A stretch of DNA of 64,000 nucleotides. It comes from Treponema sp. GTDB lineage: Bacteria > Spirochaetota > Spirochaetia > Treponematales > Treponemataceae. This document shows, piece after piece, positions 10,872 through 20,750 of this stretch. Every line of letters begins with the position of its first letter. The stretch's first letter is position 1. The stretch spans positions 562-64,561 of the forward strand of contig JAFXDY010000175.1 of NCBI GenBank assembly GCA_017521105.1, in the 5' to 3' direction. The translations under genes and the position numbers were made by a program. Below the pieces are notes generated by a model. The model saw only the letters and a program-made list of their open reading frames with translations, did no database searches and was not told the origin of the DNA.

Positions 10872-13496
10872 ATGGCAGCTCAAGAAGATCAAAAACAAAC
10901 CCCTATGATGATGCAATATGCATCTGTCAAACAGAATTATAAAGATGAAGTTGTTTTTTTTAGACTCGGTGATTTTTATGAAATGTTTGATAATGATGCA
11001 GTTGAAGTTTCTAGGCTTTTAAATTTAACTTTAACTCACCGACAAGCGAATCCAATGTGTGGAATTCCGTATCACGCTGCCAAAATTTATATTGCTAGAC
11101 TTTTACGTTTGGGAAAAAAAATTGTAATTTGTGAACAAGTTGGCGATATCCCAAAAGACGGAAAATCAATTGCAGAAAGAAAGGTTGTAGAAATTATTAC
11201 TCCTGGAACTGCGGTTGAAGCAGAATATCTAGAAGGTTTTAAAGCAAATTATTTGGCAGCACTTTCTATTTCTGGTGGTAAAGTTGGTTTTGCTTACATT
11301 GACGTTACAACGGGCGACTTTCAAGCTACAAGTTGGCAAGCGTCAAAAATGGATGATTATTTTTCAAAAGAAATTAATAGAGCGTCTCCAAGCGAATTAA
11401 TTTTACCTTTATCATTAAAGAAAAATAATTCAATTCAAAATGTTCTTTTATCATATCCAAAAATAGCTGTTTCTTATTATCCAGATTGGGATTTTTCTTT
11501 AGATTTTTCTTACAAAAAATTAACAAAACAATTTGGTGTTAATAATTTAAAAGCTTTTTTATTAGATGAAAAATCTTCTGAAGTAGGGCCTGCAGGTTTT
11601 TTACTTGATTACCTAGAAAAAACAACAAATGCAAACTTACTACACATAAAATCAATAAAAGTTTATTCAGATGCAGACTTTTTAATTTTGGATGATGCTT
11701 CTAGAAAAAATTTAGAAATTACAGAAAATTTAAGAGATGGTTCTATTCAGTTTTCGTTATTTGAATGTGTAAATTATGCAAAAACTGCTATGGGAAGTAG
11801 ACTGTTAAAAAATTGGCTTGTTTTCCCTTTAACAAATATTAATCAAATTGAAGAACGTCAAAATCGAATTGATGTTTTTGTTAATAATAGACAGTTGCTT
11901 GCCAAAGTCGCATCAGATTTGTCTAATATTTTAGACGTAGAACGCCTTTCTGGGCGAATTGCTATGTCAAAGGCCCATGCAAAAGATTTGCAGGCATTAA
12001 AAAATAGTCTACTTTTGTGGACCAAAGTAAAAAGTTATTTAAATCAATATGATTTTTCTCTTTTGGAATCTGAAACTTCAGACCAAATATGCCACCTTAT
12101 TGCAAATTCAATTTTGGAAGATCCAGCAACATCTTTAACAGATGGTGGAATAATAAAACAAGGTTGGTCACAAGAACTTGACAAATGGCGTGACATTAAT
12201 AGCAATTTTAATAAAATACTTAGTGACTATGAACAAGAAGAAAAAGAAAAAACTGGTATTTCTACTTTAAGAATAAAAAATACAGGTGCTTATGGATATT
12301 TTATTGAAGTTTCAAAAGGAAAGTTGTCTTCAGTTCCAAGTCATTTTATTATGCGTCGTTCTTTAGTAAATGGCGATAGATACACCACTGAAAAACTTCA
12401 GGAATTAGAAAAGCAATTAAATGAATCTTCTGTTAGAATTCTTGAACTTGAAAGAGATTTATTTTTAGAAATTAGAGATTCTTTAATAAAACATATTCCT
12501 TATTTATTACAAATTGCTAATGAAATTGCAAATACAGATGTAATTATTTCCTTGTCTTTGGCTGCAATTGAAAATAATTGGATTCGACCACAAGTAGAAG
12601 ATTCTACAGATTTTGAAATTATTGAAGGGCGTCATCCTGTTGTTGAAAAACATATTCCAATTGGAGAATTTGTTCCGAATAATTCAAAAGTGAATTCCGA
12701 TGATGAAAAATTTCCATCATTTAATTTAATAACTGGACCAAATATGGCCGGAAAAAGTACATATTTGCGTCAAAACGCTTTAATTTGTTTGTTGGCACAA
12801 ATTGGTTCTTATGTTCCCGCAAAATTTGCAAAAATTGGAGTTGTAGATAAAATATTTTGCCGTGTAGGTGCTTCAGACAATTTGGCAAAAGGAGAATCAA
12901 CTTTTCTTGTTGAAATGACAGAAACAGCTCATATTTTACATTCCGCAACAAAGAAATCTCTTGTAATTATGGATGAAGTAGGTAGAGGTACTTCTACTGA
13001 AGATGGGCTTGCAATTGCTAGAGCTGTTTCAGAATATTTGCTTGATGAAATTAAATGTAGAACTTTATTTGCAACCCATTATCATGAACTTTCTAGAATG
13101 GAACATCCAAAACTTAATATGTTATGTATGGATGTTAGCGAAAAAAATGGAAGTGTTGTCTTTTTGCGTAAAGTAAAAGAAGGTGCTTCTGAAAATTCTT
13201 ATGGTATACATGTTGCTTCTTTAGCTGGAATTCCTCAAATTGTAATTGATAGAGCAAATGTAATTTTAAATCATATTCAGCAAATGGCAAATGATAATCC
13301 GTTAATATTAGATGAACATGAATTAAAAGTTTCAAAGTCAAAAACTTCTTCTTTGCCTGTTTCAAATACTCCAGGTTTGTTTAGTGACGAAGAAATCATT
13401 ATCTCAGAAATTCTTTCTGTTGATACAGATAATATCACACCAATCAATGCCTTACAAACCATTACTCGCTGGAAAAAATCACTTTCTGGTCAATAA
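10872..13496 (+). CDS. mutS: DNA mismatch repair protein MutS
   Basis: TPMMMQY, FRLGDFYEMF, TGPNMAGKSTYLRQ, GESTFLVEM, DEVGRGTS, FATHYHEL. Confidence 0.98.
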   Translation: MAAQEDQKQTPMMMQYASVKQNYKDEVVFFRLGDFYEMFDNDAVEVSRLLNLTLTHRQANPMCGIPYHAAKIYIARLLRLGKKIVICEQVGDIPKDGKSIAERKVVEIITPGTAVEAEYLEGFKANYLAALSISGGKVGFAYIDVTTGDFQATSWQASKMDDYFSKEINRASPSELILPLSLKKNNSIQNVLLSYPKIAVSYYPDWDFSLDFSYKKLTKQFGVNNLKAFLLDEKSSEVGPAGFLLDYLEKTTNANLLHIKSIKVYSDADFLILDDASRKNLEITENLRDGSIQFSLFECVNYAKTAMGSRLLKNWLVFPLTNINQIEERQNRIDVFVNNRQLLAKVASDLSNILDVERLSGRIAMSKAHAKDLQALKNSLLLWTKVKSYLNQYDFSLLESETSDQICHLIANSILEDPATSLTDGGIIKQGWSQELDKWRDINSNFNKILSDYEQEEKEKTGISTLRIKNTGAYGYFIEVSKGKLSSVPSHFIMRRSLVNGDRYTTEKLQELEKQLNESSVRILELERDLFLEIRDSLIKHIPYLLQIANEIANTDVIISLSLAAIENNWIRPQVEDSTDFEIIEGRHPVVEKHIPIGEFVPNNSKVNSDDEKFPSFNLITGPNMAGKSTYLRQNALICLLAQIGSYVPAKFAKIGVVDKIFCRVGASDNLAKGESTFLVEMTETAHILHSATKKSLVIMDEVGRGTSTEDGLAIARAVSEYLLDEIKCRTLFATHYHELSRMEHPKLNMLCMDVSEKNGSVVFLRKVKEGASENSYGIHVASLAGIPQIVIDRANVILNHIQQMANDNPLILDEHELKVSKSKTSSLPVSNTPGLFSDEEIIISEILSVDTDNITPINALQTITRWKKSLSGQ

Positions 13497-13555
13497 TTTT
13501 ATTTTTTTTTCAATGAGATTGCATAAATTTTGCTGTTTTTCTTTATTGTATATAT

Positions 13556-14326
13556 GTGAAGAAAGTCTTTTTCATTGTTAAATCATTTGTTTTATTTTTA
13601 CTCAGAATTGTATTAATTTACATTGATGGCGGGGAAACTTGCGTTATATGTGGTAACAGAAGTTCGTATTTACCCTTGTGCAGCAAATGTAGAAAGCTAC
13701 GTTTTGACATAAATAAGATAATTGATGTTCCTAGATGTTCTGTCTGTGGTCGGGAATTAATTTCTACAAAAGAATTATGTTTTCCTTGCAAAAGCGACAA
13801 TGTCAAACGTCATAGTGATTTTTGTTATGCTTTGTTTTCTTATAGACTTTGGAATAAAGAATTAATGTTTATGTGGAAACAACAAGGCGTAAGAACTTTA
13901 TCAGTTTTTTTTGCAAGTTTGGTTTCAGATTTTTTTAAGAAGAAAGACATTGAATATGTTATTCCTGTGCCTCCTAGACCGGGAAAAATTAATGAAAAAG
14001 GGTGGGATCAGATTGAAGAACTTTGCAAAAATTTGGAATTTATTTTTGGCTTCAAAATTCTGCGGATTTTAAAAAGGAATTCATCAGATCAGCAAAAAAA
14101 ATTGGATCGGGAATCAAGACTAAAAACTATTGGAAAAGCTTATTCTTTAAAAAGTAAAAGTGAAATTGCAAAAGAAGTTAAAAAGATTAAAGTGAGGGGA
14201 CCCAAGAAAGTTTGTGTACTTGACGATGTTTCAACTACCGGTGCAACTTTGGAAAGTTGTTCGGCTTTGGTAAAGGAGGTTTTTGACTGCGAAGTTGTGG
14301 GTGTTGCTTTATTTATAGTAGATTAA
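13556..14326 (+). CDS. comF: ComF family protein (double Zn ribbon + PRTase)
   Basis: Four CxxC pairs, PVP, KGWDQ, VLDDVSTTGATL. Confidence 0.88.
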   Translation: MKKVFFIVKSFVLFLLRIVLIYIDGGETCVICGNRSSYLPLCSKCRKLRFDINKIIDVPRCSVCGRELISTKELCFPCKSDNVKRHSDFCYALFSYRLWNKELMFMWKQQGVRTLSVFFASLVSDFFKKKDIEYVIPVPPRPGKINEKGWDQIEELCKNLEFIFGFKILRILKRNSSDQQKKLDRESRLKTIGKAYSLKSKSEIAKEVKKIKVRGPKKVCVLDDVSTTGATLESCSALVKEVFDCEVVGVALFIVD

Positions 14327-14353
14327 TTTTTGTTTGTTATTAAAATCTTTGCA

Positions 14354-14382
14354 TTGCAAAAGGTTCATTTTCAGAGTATTAT
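14354..14382 (+). promoter_or_regulatory. Putative sigma70 promoter of the cheW-recN operon
   Basis: TTGCAA-N17-TATTAT. Confidence 0.5.
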
Positions 14383-14436
14383 ATATAATGGTATAGTTTA
14401 AAAAAAGTAAAACTTTTTTTGTTAGGAGTTTATATA

Positions 14437-14910
14437 ATGGCTGGTGATACACAATTTCAATTGGTAACATTTCATTTAGGTGAAGAACTTTATGGCGTTA
14501 ATATTATGGACGTTAAAGAAATTGTAAAAGTTCAAAGCGTTCGTGTTATTCCAAATGCACCTTATTATGTAGAAGGAATTATTAACTTGCGTGGTGAAAT
14601 TATTCCAATTATTGCATTACATAAAAGATTTAATATTAAAGCTGTTCAAAGTGCCGAAGATGCAGAAATTGAAGGTGGTTTTATCATCTTGAATATTGAT
14701 AATAGTAAAATTGGAATTATTATTGATAAAGTTGCAAGGGTAGTTACAGTAAAAGCTGAAGATGTAAAGGAACCTCCTCAGATGTTGTCTGGTATTGGTA
14801 CAGAGTATATTGAAGGTGTTATTCGAGAAGATGACGGATATTTAATCATGTTAAATATCAGAAAAGTATTTAATGCTAAAGAACTTCAAAAAATTATTGA
14901 TATTCAGTAA
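14437..14910 (+). CDS. cheW: Chemotaxis coupling protein CheW
   Basis: QLVTFHLGEELYGVNI, PNAPYYVEGIINLRGEIIP; ATG at 14437 follows AGGAG. Confidence 0.95.
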   Translation: MAGDTQFQLVTFHLGEELYGVNIMDVKEIVKVQSVRVIPNAPYYVEGIINLRGEIIPIIALHKRFNIKAVQSAEDAEIEGGFIILNIDNSKIGIIIDKVARVVTVKAEDVKEPPQMLSGIGTEYIEGVIREDDGYLIMLNIRKVFNAKELQKIIDIQ

Positions 14911-14941
14911 ATAAACAAAATTTAAGATATAAGAAAAGTAA

Positions 14942-16027
14942 ATGATTCAAACATATAGTACAACAATTCGTAGAAAAGAAATGGATGCTGTATTAACTTG
15001 TATGGTGGATGAAAAAATTGGTCCTGGAGAATTAAATACAAGATTAATTCAGTTAGTGAAAGAGTTTTTTAAATGTGATGGGGCAGTTGCTTTACGAAGT
15101 CCTGCAATTGCTTTGGGGTACGCATTAACAGTTTTGGAATTAGAAAAAGGTTCAAAAGTTATGATATCTGCTTTGGCTCCAGCTTGGCAATATCAGGCTT
15201 TAGTTTCTTATGGTTATGTTCCAGAAGTGCTTGATGTTAATGAAAACGATGGATTGGTTTCTGTTGATGAAATAAAAAATGGAATTGAAAATGGTGGAAA
15301 GATTCTTTTGTTGCATGAAACAGAAGGTATTGTTCCTAAATTTGATGATATTCTAGAACTTGGGGTTCCTATTATTGAAGATATTTCAATGAGTGCTGGT
15401 GCTTCTGTTGATTTGGGGGAACTTGATGGTGTCGGTTCTGAACGAAACGGAAATGATAAAAGCATTGTTGATAATCGGAAAAAAGTAGGGTCTTTTGGTG
15501 TTTACACTATATTGGGGCTTGAAGAAAAGGATGTTATTACTGCAGGTGGTGGAGCTGTTCTTATTTCGCCAAATAGACGCGAATGGTTAACTTTAAAACC
15601 TTTGGTTGATAATGCACCTTTGACAGATTTGTTGCCAGATATTAACTCTGCATTAGCTTGGGTTCAATTAAAAGAATATTCAAGAAATGAAAAAACAAGA
15701 AAAGAACTGTTTTCTTTGTTTCAAAGGGCTTGCTTAATAGGAAGACATAAGATTCTTGTAAGAGAAATGGAAGAAGGTTCAACTATGAGTTGTTTTCCTT
15801 TGGTTTTGGCTACACCTTATAAAGATGTAAAACAATATACTTCCAAGAAAGATATTGAGGTTCAGTTAGCATTTGAAAATTCAGTTGTTGCTTTGTATGA
15901 AGAAGTTGCAGAAAAATGTATTAAAGCAAAATCTTTGTATTTAAGATGTATACATGTTCCTTTGTATCCAAGATTGACTCAATCAGAAAGTGCTAAGATT
16001 GTAAAAGTTTTAAGTTCATTGCCATAA
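14942..16027 (+). CDS. DegT/DnrJ/EryC1/StrS family PLP-dependent aminotransferase
   Basis: PIIED, EKDVITAGGGA (Lys position of the SxxxxK..GEGG motif), PLYPRLT C-terminus. Confidence 0.8.
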   Translation: MIQTYSTTIRRKEMDAVLTCMVDEKIGPGELNTRLIQLVKEFFKCDGAVALRSPAIALGYALTVLELEKGSKVMISALAPAWQYQALVSYGYVPEVLDVNENDGLVSVDEIKNGIENGGKILLLHETEGIVPKFDDILELGVPIIEDISMSAGASVDLGELDGVGSERNGNDKSIVDNRKKVGSFGVYTILGLEEKDVITAGGGAVLISPNRREWLTLKPLVDNAPLTDLLPDINSALAWVQLKEYSRNEKTRKELFSLFQRACLIGRHKILVREMEEGSTMSCFPLVLATPYKDVKQYTSKKDIEVQLAFENSVVALYEEVAEKCIKAKSLYLRCIHVPLYPRLTQSESAKIVKVLSSLP

Positions 16028-16041
16028 AGTTAGGGGAAGCT

Positions 16042-16881
16042 ATGAAAGCCCTTGTTATTATAAATGTTGGAAAAGATGAATCAATGAAAATCGCATTAGA
16101 GATGAAAAAGTTTCTTTTAAAAGAAAAAATTGATTCTGATTTTATAAATTTTGACGGTTTTTCAGATAATTTTACAATTAAAGATTATGATTTCGCCATT
16201 ACCCTTGGTGGTGACGGAACTGTTCTTTATGCGGCTAGAAATTGTGTGGAAAATGAAATTCCTGTTTTTCCAATTAATTTAGGTCAATTTGGTTTTATTG
16301 CTTCAGTTCAACCTGACGATTGGAAAAATGAACTTAAAAACTTTTTAAATAATAATTTTACAAAATCATATAGAATGATGCTTTATGCAGAAGTTTTAAG
16401 AGATGAAAAAGTAGTATATTCTTCCTTTGGATTAAACGAAGTAGTAATTTGTGCTACAAATAAAGCTTCTGCTATTTCTTTGGATGTTGAATTAAATAAT
16501 TTACCTTTATGTAAATTAATTTCGGATGGTGTTATTTTAAGTACTCCGACAGGTTCTACCGCTTACAATGCAGCTGCAGGTGGTCCAATTATTGATCCAG
16601 AAATGGAAGCTTATATTTTAACTCCTGTTAATCCTTTTTCACTTTCCACAAGACCAATTGTCCTTAATCCAAATGGACAAATAAAAATAAAGGTAACACC
16701 AGGAAGAAATAAGACAACAGGTATTTCTGTTGATGGACAACAGTCTTTTGAATTACAAAGTGAAGACCAAATTGTTATTAAAAAAATTGAGAAAAAAATT
16801 ACATTAATTTCATCAACACCTGAAAAATATTATGAAGCATTACGTTCAAAATTAAACTGGTCAGGAGTTCCTCATGCTTGA
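16042..16881 (+). CDS. nadK: NAD kinase
   Basis: LGGDGTVL, NLGQFGF, LNEV, DGVILSTPTGSTAY..AAGGP. Confidence 0.95.
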   Translation: MKALVIINVGKDESMKIALEMKKFLLKEKIDSDFINFDGFSDNFTIKDYDFAITLGGDGTVLYAARNCVENEIPVFPINLGQFGFIASVQPDDWKNELKNFLNNNFTKSYRMMLYAEVLRDEKVVYSSFGLNEVVICATNKASAISLDVELNNLPLCKLISDGVILSTPTGSTAYNAAAGGPIIDPEMEAYILTPVNPFSLSTRPIVLNPNGQIKIKVTPGRNKTTGISVDGQQSFELQSEDQIVIKKIEKKITLISSTPEKYYEALRSKLNWSGVPHA

Positions 16882-18685
16882 AGATATTACAATAAAAGAT
16901 TATGCATTAATAGAATCAACATATTTAGAGTTTCATAATGGGTTTACAGTTTTGTCTGGTGAAACTGGTGCAGGAAAATCTATAATTATTGGTGCCATGT
17001 CATTTTTGTTGGGTGGAAAAGCAGATGTTTCTGTAATTAGAACTGGAAAAACTGAAGCATCTGTTACTGCAACTTTTTATTTAGGGTTTAATACAAACCC
17101 TAAAAACGGCCGAGTCAAGGCCTTGAGCAAAGCGTGCCTTGACCGGACGTATTTAGGTGAAAATAATTATACTAATTCTACTTCTGACGATGAAGAGGCT
17201 TCAAATGCTTATGAATGGTTAGATAGACATGGAATTGAAGTAGAAGACAATAGAATAATTTTAAGAAGATTTATTAGGGATTCAGGAAAATCAGGCGCAT
17301 GGATTAATAATACTCCGGTTACTAGAGCAGATTTAGTTTCTTTTTCATCTTTTTTAATTGATATACACGGACAACATGATCACCAATCTTTAATGAAAGT
17401 TTCGGAACACAGAAAGTTTTTAGATTCAAGGGCTGGGATAATTGATAAAGTTGATGAATTTAAAAAACTTTATACGTTGTTAGTTCAAAAGCGTGAAGAA
17501 TTACATAATTATTCAATGTCTGAATCAGATAGATTGCGAAAAATTGATATGTGTTCTTTTGCGGTTAAAGAAATTTCTGATGCAAAATTAAAACCTGAAG
17601 AAGATGTTTTATTGGAAGAAGAACAAAGCCGTTTGTCTTCTTTTGAAAAATTATATTCAACTATTGACGAAATTAATCAAATTTTTTCAGATTCTGATGG
17701 ATGTGTCATTGAATCTTTAAAGAAAGTTCGAAGAAATATTTCTTTTGCAAACGATTTAGATAAATCTCTTAACCAAATTAATGAAAGAATTGAATCTTCT
17801 TTTTATGAATTGAATGATATTTCTGAAGAACTTTCTTCGTATTTACAAAAATTAGTTTTTGATCCAAACAGATTGGATGAAGTTAATAACCGTCTTTCTT
17901 TAATTTATAATTTAAAGAAAAAATATGCTTCTTCTGTAAATGCTCCTTTATCAGAAGTTTTTACCTATTTGGAGAAGGCTCAAAAGTTTTTGGATGAAAA
18001 TCTAGATGGTAATGATAAAAAACAAATGCTTTCTGCCGAAATAAAAAAATTAGAAAAAGAAGTTTTGCAAAAAGCAGCATATTTATCTGAAAAAAGAATT
18101 TCTTGTGCAAAGGAACTTGAAAAAGAAGTTGATGAAATCCTTGTAAATCTTGGAATGAAAGGTACAACTTTTGGTGTGTCTATAAAAGAAAAGAATGGCA
18201 CTGAAGTTGAGCAAAAATGTGGACCTTATGGGAACGATGATGTTGAATTCTTAATTAGTGCTAATCCTGGGAATCCGCTTTTACCGTTGGCAAAAATTGC
18301 TTCCGGTGGTGAGCTTTCTCGTGTTATGTTGGCATTAAAAACAATTTTTGCCAAGTCCGATTCTGTTGGTACATTAATCTTTGACGAAATTGATACAGGA
18401 ATTGGTGGGGAAATTGCTGTTTCTGTTGGAAATCATATTAAAAAATTGGCTACTGGACGACAAATTTTTTGTATTACACACCTAGCGAGCATTGCAGTTT
18501 ATGCCGATAATCAAGTTAAGATTGAAAAAAGTGTTACAGGTGGTGTTACAGCATCTAATGTTCATGCTGTAGAAGGTGAAGATCGGGTTCTTGAAATTGC
18601 AAGAATGTTATCTGGAGATTCAGATTCATCTGAATCTATTGAACATGCAAGAAAATTGTTAAATAAATATAGCGGAGGTTTTTAA
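16874..18685 (+). CDS. recN: DNA repair protein RecN
   Basis: SGETGAGKS, DIHGQHDHQ, ASGGELSRVMLALK, IFDEIDTGIGG, ITHL. Confidence 0.97.
   Translation: MLEDITIKDYALIESTYLEFHNGFTVLSGETGAGKSIIIGAMSFLLGGKADVSVIRTGKTEASVTATFYLGFNTNPKNGRVKALSKACLDRTYLGENNYTNSTSDDEEASNAYEWLDRHGIEVEDNRIILRRFIRDSGKSGAWINNTPVTRADLVSFSSFLIDIHGQHDHQSLMKVSEHRKFLDSRAGIIDKVDEFKKLYTLLVQKREELHNYSMSESDRLRKIDMCSFAVKEISDAKLKPEEDVLLEEEQSRLSSFEKLYSTIDEINQIFSDSDGCVIESLKKVRRNISFANDLDKSLNQINERIESSFYELNDISEELSSYLQKLVFDPNRLDEVNNRLSLIYNLKKKYASSVNAPLSEVFTYLEKAQKFLDENLDGNDKKQMLSAEIKKLEKEVLQKAAYLSEKRISCAKELEKEVDEILVNLGMKGTTFGVSIKEKNGTEVEQKCGPYGNDDVEFLISANPGNPLLPLAKIASGGELSRVMLALKTIFAKSDSVGTLIFDEIDTGIGGEIAVSVGNHIKKLATGRQIFCITHLASIAVYADNQVKIEKSVTGGVTASNVHAVEGEDRVLEIARMLSGDSDSSESIEHARKLLNKYSGGF
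17078..17157. repeat. In-frame palindromic insertion in recN flanked by 8-bp direct repeats
   Basis: TATTTAGG at 17078-17085 and 17150-17157 (72 bp apart); hairpins TTTAGGGTTT/AAACCCTAAA (17080-17104) and GTCAAGGC/GCCTTGAC (17114-17143). Confidence 0.75.
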
Positions 18686-19488
18686 TGGCAAAAATTTCTG
18701 AAGAAACAAGACTTCATTTTGCAGAAGTTATTAAACCCTATAAAGAAAAAATTACTCAAACATTAGAAAAAGAAAAAACTATGCTTAATGGAATGCATAA
18801 AGGTGATGTTGATTTAGAGTTTAAAAAAATTAATTTATGTGATGATATGATTTATATTTCATCATTATATATGGCACAAAATAGTTTGTCTTTAAAATTG
18901 ATGGAAGTAAAAAATAATGATGCTTTAAATGATGCAAGAAAAATTCTTTATAAAGCTATTATTTATCTTGAGGAAATTGTAACAAATGTTATTGATACAC
19001 CTTATTCAGATTTATATCCTTATCATGAAAAAATTGCTTCTATTACAATTGAACGCCGTTACGAAATTATTCGCAAATTAGGATTAGCAATTAACTTATT
19101 AAAAGATGCTTTTGGCGATAACAGTAAATGGAAATGGTCTTTTGTTGAATTAGAAGGACGTTTTTGTACTGTTGCTAAAAATATTATTGATATGAAAATT
19201 GCAGTTAAAGATTATTTTGATCCTCGTTCAGAAAAATACGAAACAACTGTTTTATTTATTCGACTTATTATTCGATTATTAAATGAATCTGCAACTGCTT
19301 ATAGAGATAAATACGAACTTTCTACAAGACGTATTGATGATATGCGAAACGGAATTAAATATTTGTTAGCATTAAGAAAATTGTATATTGCAATTGGCGA
19401 TTCATCAAATGCAGAAGAAGTAAAGAAAAAAGCTCTTGTATGGAAGGATAAAATGGACGCAGATCACAAATCTGGTCTTAGTAATTAA
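18685..19488 (+). CDS. Hypothetical alpha-helical protein
   Basis: 267 aa ORF with GGAGG SD, start overlapping the recN stop. Confidence 0.8.
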   Translation: MAKISEETRLHFAEVIKPYKEKITQTLEKEKTMLNGMHKGDVDLEFKKINLCDDMIYISSLYMAQNSLSLKLMEVKNNDALNDARKILYKAIIYLEEIVTNVIDTPYSDLYPYHEKIASITIERRYEIIRKLGLAINLLKDAFGDNSKWKWSFVELEGRFCTVAKNIIDMKIAVKDYFDPRSEKYETTVLFIRLIIRLLNESATAYRDKYELSTRRIDDMRNGIKYLLALRKLYIAIGDSSNAEEVKKKALVWKDKMDADHKSGLSN

Positions 19489-19490
19489 AA

Positions 19491-20711
19491 ATGGACAAAA
19501 AATTTGCACATAAAATATTTGAAGGATTCTCAATTCAGCGCTGGAATGATTTAATTAGACCATTTGATATGGTTGAAATGGATAAAGCCGCTGAAAAAAT
19601 GGTTTTAGCATATATCATTGGAAAATTTGAAGAAAACAAAGGAAATAAAATTGATTGGATTTGGATTATTTACGCTTCTTTGTTTGATTTATTAAAGAAA
19701 ATTGCCTTGTGTGATATAAAAGCTCCTATTCAACAAATGCTAAAAAAAGAGTATCCCGAAGAATATTTGCGCTTAAATGAATGGGTATTAAATCAATATA
19801 GAAGTCTAATTCAAGATGAAAGTCTTTTTTCAAAATTTACAATTTATATTGGTCAAAATGCAGGATCCTTTCCAATTCCAGAAGAATTAAAAACTACAAT
19901 TAGAGTATATCGTGCAGCCCACAAGTATTCTTCCACAAGAGAATTAGAAATTATTTCTGTTGTAAATGAAAAAGAACGCCTAGGTTCAATTGAAAAAGAT
20001 TTACAAGCCGAAATTCAACCGTATCTTGATCTGGAAGGATTACAGAAATTAATTACTCATCAAAAAGCTTTTGATTTTTTGTTAAAAATTGAACAATTAA
20101 GATTTCAAACAAGATGGAATCAAACTCCTCGCGTACCTCAAACTTCTGTTTTAGGTCATTGTTTCTTTGTTGCAATTATGACTTTACTTTTAGGACGTGA
20201 ATCTAATCCTAAAATGTGCGAAAGAAGGGTAATTAATAACTTTTTTAGTGCATTGTTTCATGATCTTCCAGAAGCCGTTACAAGAGATATTATTTCTCCT
20301 GTAAAACAAGCCACAGACGACTTACCAAATATTGTAAAAAAAATTGAAAATGAAATTGTAAATAAAGAATTAGTTCCTTTGATGGAAGATTTTTTTGTTA
20401 ATGAAATAATTGACTTTACAAGTGATGAATTTTCTAACAGGATAAAAGATTCTGACGGAAAAGTTGTAAATGTTTCATGGGAAGATTTAAACGAAAAATA
20501 TAATGAAGAAAAATATTTTCCAATTGATGGAAGACTTGTTCGTATTGCAGATCACCTTTCGGCATTAATGGAAGCTGATATTTCCATTAAACATGGCATT
20601 ACATCAATTCATTTACAAAATGGAAGAGATGGTCTTTTGAATTCTTATGACCAGAATGAAATCATTAATGGAATTGATGTTTATTCATTATTCAACGAGA
20701 TAGTTTCTTAA
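19491..20711 (+). CDS. HD-domain phosphohydrolase (YfbR-like, tandem HD domains)
   Basis: RW..SVLGH..ALFHDLPEAVTRDI..ADHL in the C-terminal half; degenerate copy in the N-terminal half. Confidence 0.85.
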   Translation: MDKKFAHKIFEGFSIQRWNDLIRPFDMVEMDKAAEKMVLAYIIGKFEENKGNKIDWIWIIYASLFDLLKKIALCDIKAPIQQMLKKEYPEEYLRLNEWVLNQYRSLIQDESLFSKFTIYIGQNAGSFPIPEELKTTIRVYRAAHKYSSTRELEIISVVNEKERLGSIEKDLQAEIQPYLDLEGLQKLITHQKAFDFLLKIEQLRFQTRWNQTPRVPQTSVLGHCFFVAIMTLLLGRESNPKMCERRVINNFFSALFHDLPEAVTRDIISPVKQATDDLPNIVKKIENEIVNKELVPLMEDFFVNEIIDFTSDEFSNRIKDSDGKVVNVSWEDLNEKYNEEKYFPIDGRLVRIADHLSALMEADISIKHGITSIHLQNGRDGLLNSYDQNEIINGIDVYSLFNEIVS

Positions 20712-20716
20712 AAATA

Positions 20717-20743
20717 TGAAGTTTTTATTTTTTTTGCCGATAA
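20717..20743 (+). promoter_or_regulatory. Putative sigma28 promoter, leaderless spacing
   Basis: TGAA-N15-GCCGATAA, 7 nt before ATG 20751; no SD. Confidence 0.7.
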
Positions 20744-20750
20744 TTACTTT

